Shown: piece after piece, positions 50,871-58,867 of the stretch
Numbering within the stretch: the stretch's first letter is position 1
How the letters are laid out: each line of letters begins with the position of its first letter
Virus record (IMG/VR): IMGVR_UViG_3300013947_000036
Coordinates: 5,787-69,786 of that record
Reading direction: 5' to 3' (one strand)
Length of the DNA stretch: 64,000 nucleotides
Source of the DNA: a virus
Lineage: Duplodnaviria; Caudoviricetes
Made by a program: the position numbers and the translations under genes
Notes under the pieces: generated by a model
The model's database searches: none
The model's input: the letters and a program-made list of their open reading frames with translations, nothing else
Told to the model about the DNA's origin: nothing

Positions 50871-51686
50871 TCAATCAACATAATCATCATATTTGATTCC
50901 AACAGCTTCTGCTATCTATTGTTGATATTGCATTATTTTCTGAAAATTATTTCTTAAATTATTTTTAGTCATTGACTATTCTGAACATTTCTAAATGCAA
51001 ATTGGAACTCTAGAATAAAAACGTTTTAAATTATTCAATACCTAATATTTAAAATTGTCAATTTTTTCATCTTTCTAAAATGGTATTTCTCTATATATGA
51101 TATCAGCTAATTCCATTTGATATTCATAAAGTCCTCTTAATGCAATATATCCATTTTTTGACAATGCATAACATAAACCTGAACTTACTGTAGTTGTTTT
51201 TGAAAATGGAATGAACAATTGATTGTTTTTTCTTGCAGTTTTCATTTCAATTAAATAATTAGAAATTTCAGTTTTTATATCTGGACAAGGAGTCTAAAAA
51301 TGTGAAAATAGACATAAATCATAATCCTTTATTGTTTTTTCAGCTTCTTCTAAAATTTCTGAGATTTTGTCAAGATTCTTCAAAAAAGAAAAATCATCTT
51401 CCATAATCAAAATCTTATTGTAATTATTCAATTCAGCAATTTTCATTATAGAATAATGGCCAAATGCACATGAAAATGCTGAACTAGAAGTTAAACGTTT
51501 TTCACAATTTATATTTTGTTTTAAAATATCAAAAAATGGTGATGAAATATTTTCATGAATATGTAAAATTCCACTGTCACTTAAACCAACTCTTTTAAGT
51601 TCAGAATGCATTTTGTCTTCTATATGTTTATATCCAGCATAATGCAATATATACACAGCATCAAAATATTTTTTCCAATCTATCAT
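50871..51686 (-). CDS. Glycosyltransferase family 25-like
   Basis: FDAVYIL, CAFGHY, ILIMEDDF motifs. Confidence 0.7.
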
Positions 51687-51695
51687 GAGTTTCCT

Positions 51696-52409
51696 TTATC
51701 TTTTATATGGAGATTCAATTTTATTTAACTCTATCATTTTTATGTTTTTTACAACAATCGATTTGTCATAAAATTTCATGAATATCCAAAAACCTGACAT
51801 TCTTTCTAAAATAAAACCTAATGCACGTTTTTGATATTTGTCTCTTAAATCTAGATTCAATTCTGGCAATATTTTCAAAGCAATATCAATACATATGTTT
51901 ATAAATTTGCTATATTCAAAAAACATTTTTTTGCTAAATACAAACATATTGCATTTTGCATAAACATGCTAATTAAGATATGTATTCAATAAAATTTGAT
52001 ATTCTTTTAAATATTTAGAAAATAAACTTAAAAATAAATCAAAATCATGTTTAATATGATATAAACAATAAGATTGATATATTGTAAAATATTTGTTTTT
52101 GCTAAATGTACATAAAATATTGTTGTCATTTAAATCATCAATTTTAAAATCTAAATATCTACGATATTGCGCAATTCCAATAAAATCTGGATTTCCAAGC
52201 AATTCATAATTTTTACTTAACCAATATATCATTGACATTTCATTCAAATATTGATTGTATTTTGATATATTGTCAATTCCAATGTCATCAGTGAATATCA
52301 TTTTAGATGAATTATATCCTCCACATCCAATAGGAACATATATGTCTTTTTTGAATTCATCTATAATTTCTGTTTCAAAACTATAGCAAATTGGAATTTT
52401 TAATGTCAT
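51696..52409 (-). CDS. DUF4422-like (glycosyltransferase-associated) protein
   Basis: DDIGIDNISKYN..LNEM..IYWL.KN....DFIGIAQYRRY, NMF, ER motifs. Confidence 0.7.
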
Positions 52410-52423
52410 TAAATATATTTTAC

Positions 52424-52475
52424 AAAAAAAATTGACAAGAAAGATGCCATGTCTTCAGCATGGCATAGAGTTCAC
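52424..52475 (+). mobile_element. 52-bp hairpin mini-element (copy 4)
   Basis: TTTTAC|AAAAAAAATTGACAAGAAAG ATGCCATG-TCTTCAG-CATGGCAT AGAGTTCAC. Confidence 0.7.
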
Positions 52476-52567
52476 AAAAAAAATGATAAAAAGATATTTT
52501 TATGTTTTAGATTATTTTTTTTTTGAAAAGTAAATAATAAATAACTTTATAAAGGAAAAAAATAAAA

Positions 52568-52768
52568 ATGACAGTAAATCAAGTAAGAAATTATATGATA
52601 AATAATATGCATAGAAATTCAGTTTTATATGCTGCAGCAGCTACATTAGCATTATTATCTGATGAAGTATCATCTAATGTATCATCAGAAGTATCATCTA
52701 ATGTATCATCAGAAGTATCATCTAATGTATCATCAGAAGTATCATCTAATGTATCATCTAATACATAA
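52568..52768 (+). CDS. 66-aa protein with SSEVSSNV tandem repeats
   Basis: Promoter motif at 52526, AAAGGA upstream, four 24-bp repeats at ~52664-52762. Confidence 0.5.
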   Translation: MTVNQVRNYMINNMHRNSVLYAAAATLALLSDEVSSNVSSEVSSNVSSEVSSNVSSEVSSNVSSNT

Positions 52769-52843
52769 TTTTAAAATTAGATTGTATTTAAATTATAAAA
52801 ATAAATAAATTTCATAAATAGAATAATTTTATTTTTAAGTTGA

Positions 52844-52893
52844 GTGCACTCTATGCCATGCTGAAGACATGGCATCTTTCTTGTCAAATTTTT
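52844..52893 (-). mobile_element. 50-bp hairpin mini-element (copy 5)
   Basis: GTGCACTCT ATGCCATG-CTGAAGA-CATGGCAT CTTTCTTGTCAAATTTTT; near-identical to copy 4, inverted. Confidence 0.7.
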
Positions 52894-52948
52894 GAAAAAT
52901 AGATTTAATATTAAATCAAAAAATAAAATAATTTGAGTAAATAAATAT

Positions 52949-54166
52949 ATGCAATTAGTAGAGAAACATATTATAAAAAGAGAAGATTCTAGATACAAAG
53001 AACTTATGGAACTTTGTCATCTTTCTAAGAATCTCTACAATACTGTTCTCTACACTATCCGTCAACATTGGTTTGAAACAAAAAACGATGACACAATCAC
53101 ACATAAATTTCTCAACTACTATGATGTTTGGAATATTTTAAAAAAAGACAATGTTGATTTTAAAGCTTTGAATGCACATTCTTCTTAGTTAGTGATAAAA
53201 CAAGTTGAAGCAAATTTCAGTTCGTTTTTCTCATTACTGAAACTCAAGACACAAGGAAAATATACTAAAAAAGTCCATCTTCCAAAATATCTTGACAAAG
53301 ATGGCTATAATGTGATTTCTTTCAACCAATTCAAGAAAAAAGAATTGAAAAACGGATATGTTTCATTACCAAAATCAAAAACATTGAAATTCAAAATCAA
53401 AAACACAAATCTTCATTTTATCAATATCGTTCCAAAGAATGACTATGTTCAAGTGAATTTCATCTACAAAAAACAAGAAGAATCTTTGAAAAAAGACAAT
53501 GGAAGATACATAGGAATAGATTTAGGTATAGACAATCTTGCAACATGTACTTCAAATGCATTGCAATCATTTATCGTAGATGGAAAGAAAGTCAAACATA
53601 TAAATCAATTTTACAACAAAAAACTAGGAGAAGTTAAATCAGAATTAAAAAAGAAAAACAACAAAGAAAAATCACATAAAACAAGACAATTGACATTAAA
53701 ACGAAACAATAAAATACAAGACTATTTTCACAAAGCTAGTCGATATATAATCAATCAAGCAGTTTCCAATGATATTCGAACAATAATAGTCGGACACAAC
53801 AAGAACTGGAAGCAAGAGGTTAATATCGGAAAAGTTAATAATCAAAAATTCGTTCAGATTCCTTTTGACAATTTGATTCATCAACTTAAATACAAAGGTC
53901 AATTGAAAGGAATAAATGTAATTGAAGTTGAAGAAGGATATACATCAAAGTGTTCTTTTCTAGACAATGAATCTGTTGAAAAACATGAAAAATATCTTGG
54001 AAAAAGAATATATAGAGGATTGTTCAAAAATTCAACAGGAAAAGTCTTGAATGCTGATGTGAATGGAAGTCTAAACATCATGAGAAAATATCTAAAATGT
54101 AACTGTGATGCTATTAAGCCAACAGATGCAGGGTTTGTGTATAACCCAGTTAAAGTCTACCTTTAA
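52949..54166 (+). CDS. tnpB: TnpB RNA-guided endonuclease (TnpB1; no tnpA)
   Basis: MQLVEKHII, SKNLYN, GIDLGIDNLA, EEGYTSKCS, NADVNGSLNI; one TAG at 53186 in SS(Q)LV. Confidence 0.9.
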
Positions 54167-54197
54167 CAAAGTTTATTCTATTTATGAATTACGGTAC

Positions 54198-54355
54198 ATG
54201 AATGGCTTGACAAACAAAAAATAGTGAAATCACGCTTAAAACATTTGATTGTGAATAATGAAAGAAAAATTTTTGCTAGAAAATGCATAGTCAAAGAAAT
54301 AGACAATGCATTGAAAGACAAATTTTTGAACAAATACCACATTCAAGGAAAAGAT
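54198..54355 (+). pseudogene. HE7 middle fragment, between two IS insertions
   Basis: EWLDKQKIVKSRL...FARKC...HIQGKD; 5' part of the gene missing. Confidence 0.75.
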
Positions 54356-54426
54356 ATAATAAATATTTCTGTTAAAAATATTAAAAATTGTTATAAATAT
54401 AAAATACTCTATGTATAATACTATAT

Positions 54427-55035
54427 ATGAAAAGCTGTAAAGTATTAAAATTATTAAATATAACACGTCCAACATTATGTAGATATGTTAAAAATGGTTT
54501 AGTTAAATTTAAACAACTTCCGAATGGTTTTTATGATTATGAAGAAGAATCTATCTATAAACTTTTAAATAAAAATATTGAACGTAAAAATATTATTTAT
54601 GCACGAGTATCTACACAAAAATAGAAAAATGATTTAGAAAATCAAAAAGCAATACTTAGAAAGTATTGTTCAATAAATGGGATAAAAATTTCTGATGAAT
54701 ATTCTGATATTGGTTCAGGAATAAATTTTGAACGGAAAGAATTCTAGCGATTAGTTAATGATGTAGTTAATCATAAAATTTCAAAAATCTATATAACATA
54801 TAAAGATAGATTGTCTAGAATATCATTTGATATGTTTAAGAATTTATTTTAGAATTTTAATTGTGAAATTATTGTTTTAAATAATACAGATGATAACAAA
54901 CAAATTGAAAAAGAGATTTTCAATGAAATAATTAGTTTGATACATTGTTTTGCAATGAAAGTTTATTCTTCTAGACGTTAGAAAAAATTAAAAAATATTG
55001 AAGAAGATTTAAAAATTGAAATAAATGAAGAATAA
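54427..55035 (+). CDS. tnpA: IS607 TnpA (MerR-like HTH + serine recombinase)
   Basis: IIYARVSTQK(Q)KNDLENQ, DIGSGINF, KDRLSRISF; four in-frame TAGs. Confidence 0.9.
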
Positions 55036-55128
55036 ATATTATTAATATTAATAATATTTAAAAATAAATATTAAAATAAAAGTAAATAATATTAAAAAAT
55101 GTAAATAAAATAAAGTAAATAAATACAA

Positions 55129-56520
55129 ATGCAAAGAGTGGAGACATATATTTTGAGAAAAACCAAAAACAAGAAGGAATATCTTGCTTTAGTTGATATA
55201 TGTCATAAATCAAAAAATCTTTACAATTATGTGAATTATGTTTTAAGACAATGTCAAACAAATAAACTTGAAAATATATTTGAATTCAAGGATTTGATTA
55301 AAACCGAAAAGAAAACAAAAAACGGAAAAATATATATTCAGAACTTTATTTCAGAATTTGATTTGTCAAAACGTCTTTCTAAACTGAAACAATTTGACTA
55401 TACAAATTTAAAAGCACAAGTTTCTCAACAAACAATTGCATTGGTATTTAAAAATTATAAATCATTTTTCAAGGCATCATCTGATTTTTTCAAAAATAAA
55501 TCTAAGTATAAAGGAAAACCAAAACTTCCTAAATATAAAGATAAAAATGGTTTGAATGTTTCAATTTTCACAAATCAATGTTCTACAATTGATAAAAATG
55601 GAAATCTGAAACTTTCAAAAGATTTGATTTTGAAATCAGTTAAAACTGATATTTCAAAACAAAATTTCAAACAAGTTAGGATAATTCCAAGACTAGATTA
55701 TTTTCAAATAGAAATAGTTTATGAGAAGTTGGAAGGAGAATATACAAAACAAGCAAAAAGAAAAAACAAAAAACTAAATACTGCATCAATTGATTTAGGT
55801 GTAGACAATCTTGCTACTATAACTTCAGACAACATGGTTCAACCAATTATTGTCAATGGTAGAGTATTGAAGTCTATCAACCACTTTTACAACAAACAGT
55901 TAGGAAACATAAATTCAATTTATTCAAAACACAATATTCATACAGGAAAGAAATTGAAAAAACTCAATTCAAAAAGATGTTTTAAGATAAATGACTATTT
56001 TCATAAAGCATCTAGAAGAATTGTTGATTTTTGTATAAATAATGATGTGAATACTTTGTATGTAGGATTAAACAAAAATTGGAAACAGAATTGTGATTTA
56101 GGAAAAAGAAACAATCAGAAATTCATCCAAATTCCTTATGACAAATTGATTCAAAAAATAAAATACAAATGTGAAGAAGTTGGAATAAATTGTGTTTGTG
56201 TAAATGAAGCTTATACTTCTAAATGTTCTTTCTTGGATAATGAATCTGTTGAAAAACATGAAAAATATCTTGGTAGAAGAACAAAAAGAGGGTTGTTTGA
56301 AAGTGGTAATAGAAAGAAATTGAATGCTGATGTGAATGGAAGTCTGAATATTTTGAGAAAGAACAATGGAAAAATAAAATTTTCAAACAAAATATTCAAT
56401 CCTATGAAAATAAAAGACGTAAATGCAATTTGTGATGTTGCTTATTTCAAATGGCAACCAACAAATACAGGTTGTGTGTTTCAACCAAATAGTAGTGATA
56501 CTATTAAAGATTTTTATTAA
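55129..56520 (+). CDS. tnpB: TnpB RNA-guided endonuclease (TnpB2)
   Basis: SKNLYN, SIDLGVDNLA, NEAYTSKCS, NADVNGSLNI; no TAG. Confidence 0.9.
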   Translation: MQRVETYILRKTKNKKEYLALVDICHKSKNLYNYVNYVLRQCQTNKLENIFEFKDLIKTEKKTKNGKIYIQNFISEFDLSKRLSKLKQFDYTNLKAQVSQQTIALVFKNYKSFFKASSDFFKNKSKYKGKPKLPKYKDKNGLNVSIFTNQCSTIDKNGNLKLSKDLILKSVKTDISKQNFKQVRIIPRLDYFQIEIVYEKLEGEYTKQAKRKNKKLNTASIDLGVDNLATITSDNMVQPIIVNGRVLKSINHFYNKQLGNINSIYSKHNIHTGKKLKKLNSKRCFKINDYFHKASRRIVDFCINNDVNTLYVGLNKNWKQNCDLGKRNNQKFIQIPYDKLIQKIKYKCEEVGINCVCVNEAYTSKCSFLDNESVEKHEKYLGRRTKRGLFESGNRKKLNADVNGSLNILRKNNGKIKFSNKIFNPMKIKDVNAICDVAYFKWQPTNTGCVFQPNSSDTIKDFY

Positions 56521-56549
56521 ATTTTAATAAATTTAATAAAATGAATAAC

Positions 56550-57005
56550 ATAGCAAAAACTAGACTTGGATTGTTTTACAACAATCATTTGATAGCTGTC
56601 ATGACATTCACAAAATCTAGATTCAACAAAAAATATGAATATGAATTGAGCAGATATGCAACAATTTCAAATTTCACAATTATTGGTGGAGCTGGAAAGC
56701 TTTTGAAATATTTTGAAAGAAATTTCAATCCAAAATCTATTGTCACATATGCTGACAGAAGATGGAGTAAAGGAAATCTATATTTCAAACTTGGATTCAA
56801 ACTAGATCATATATCAACTCCAAATTATTTCTATGTGAAAAACCAACATAGATTTTCAAGAATTCAATTTCAAAAACATAAACTTGAAAATATTCTAGAA
56901 AATTTCAATCCAAATTTATCTGAAGCTCAAAATATGAAAAACAATGGCTATGGAAAGATATATGATTGTGGAAATCTAGTATTTGAGAAAACTTATGAAA
57001 AATGA
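56550..57005 (+). pseudogene. HE7 3' fragment (GNAT-like domain)
   Basis: RLGLFY...VMTF...YELSRY...GGAGKLL...TYADRRWS.G.LY..LGF...YDCGNLVF. Confidence 0.75.
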
Positions 57006-58821
57006 ATTTGAAAAACTTAAAAATCAAATACTCAATTTCACAAACAAAACAAATATTCGTGATAGACTAGTGTATTTCAAAAAAAGAGTTAAACTTGATA
57101 CAAAATTGAACAAATCTAGTTTTTTCTTGAATTCAAAACTATGTTCGAATATAGTTGCTGCAACAAATTTTCTTCCAGAAAATGTTCCAATGTATTTTAG
57201 GATCAAATGTATATTGAAAAATATGACAAAACTTGAAAAATGCCAAATATGTGGAAAAGATCGTGCATTATTGTTTTCAAAAAAATTCAAAGATCCAATT
57301 CAAAAAACTACATGTGGAAATGCAACTTGCATTGCAAAACTTGCAGGATCTCAACACAAAATGACATCTGATGAAAAAATGTTGCACAAAAATATCATGT
57401 GTAAGCAAAAACAAGATATTGTCAAATACGCTAAGCAATTGCTAATTAAATATGAAACTAGAAAATTCAATTTGATTGACAGAAAAACATTAGAAGAAAA
57501 AATCAAAAATCTTCTAAAAACTTGCAATTCATTTAAAAATATTGCATTCATCAAAGACAAAATGTATGTGAATGAAATTGATTTTCTATGTTCAATTATT
57601 GATATGACATCTTTCATTGAAATTGACAAAAACAATTTCAAATGCAGATCATTCAGATGGGCTGAAAGATTATATTGCATTTTAAACAACTTGAAAACAA
57701 AACAAATTTGCAAATTTTGTGGATGTGAAAGCAAATTCATTTCATTTTATTAGGGTTATTCAGACACTTGCAAAAAATGCAGTGGACAAAAAATTCGTGA
57801 AGTCATGAATGGCATGCCATTATCAGACATAAGAAAACAAATAAATGAAAACAAATATGAAATTTTGAATTTTCCAACTAATACAACTAGACAACCATTG
57901 ATTGTCAAATGCAAAAAATGCCATCATATATCAAAAGTTTGGCTTTATAATGGCATAAGCAAAAAAATTTCTTAGCTTAATTTATGCAAACATTGCAAAG
58001 CTAAAGACAGAACATCAAAAGAAGAAAATGAATTGTTTGATTTTGTTTAGTCTTTGCTTCCAAATGAACTTATTTTTAGAAATGACAGAACTATCATAAA
58101 TCCACTTGAATTAGATATAGTCATTCCATCTAGAAAACTTGCAATTGAATTTGATGGCATATATTGGCATAATGATTAGCATATTGCAAACAACTATCAT
58201 TTGCAAAAAACTATTCTATGCAATAAAGCTGGATATAAATTAATTCATATATTTGAAAATGAATGGTTATCTGACAAAAAAATAGTCAAATCAATTTTAA
58301 TTGACAAACTTAAATGTAGTTTAAAAGAAACAATTGATGCAAATAAATGTTCTATATATGAAGTTAAAAATGAATATGAAAAATTAAAATGTCAAACATT
58401 CATAAATGAAAATAGTTTAATTAAAAATGAAAATTTTGATATTGCATTATGTATGAAATTTGAAAATTATATTGTAGCAACAATGACATTTTGTGAATTG
58501 ACTAATGATATATTCAAAATTATTGATTTTTGCATTAAATCAGATTTAAATATAAAAGAAGGCTTTGAATCATTTTTAAAATATTTTGAAAAAAATTTCA
58601 ATCCTAAAAAATTATATGCAAGTATCAATAGACGATATAGCATTGGAAATTAGTTTTTAAGTACTAGTTTTAAATTGATTGAAACTACACTTCCTAAATG
58701 TTCATATTTTATATACAATAAAAAACAAAAAATTTTTAATTCGCTAAAAACACAAACAAATAATTGTCATACAATATATGATTGTGGAAATCTAGTATTT
58801 GAGAAAACTTATGAAAAATAA
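56995..58821 (+). CDS. Homing-endonuclease-like protein HE8
   Basis: PLELDIVIPSRKLAIEFDGIYWH, IHIFENEW, YDCGNLVF; six TAGs read through. Confidence 0.7.
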
Positions 58822-58844
58822 AAAGGATGCTTAAGCATCCTTTT
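58821..58844. terminator. Bidirectional terminator
   Basis: Perfect palindrome AAAAGGATGCTTAAGCATCCTTTT between convergent genes. Confidence 0.75.
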
Positions 58845-58867
58845 TAATAATTTTATTTTTTTTAATT

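Larger units (their letters stand above)
54356..56551 (+). mobile_element. IS607-family element (tnpA serine recombinase + tnpB) inserted in HE7
   Basis: Excision with one AT(A) copy restores the in-frame GKD-IAKTRLGL of the host gene. Confidence 0.85.

Noticed and set aside
52664-52762. 24-bp tandem repeats as a CRISPR array
   Set aside because: Contiguous repeats with no spacers, in frame in an ORF; no cas genes
50804-52998. Track ORFs containing MPCLQHG (start of 49713-50867, and 52777-52998)
   Set aside because: Chance translations of the hairpin mini-element; the methyltransferase more likely starts at 50804
54356-54426. IStron (group I intron fused to IS607)
   Set aside because: Only ~70 nt of almost pure A/T precede tnpA, too short for a group I core
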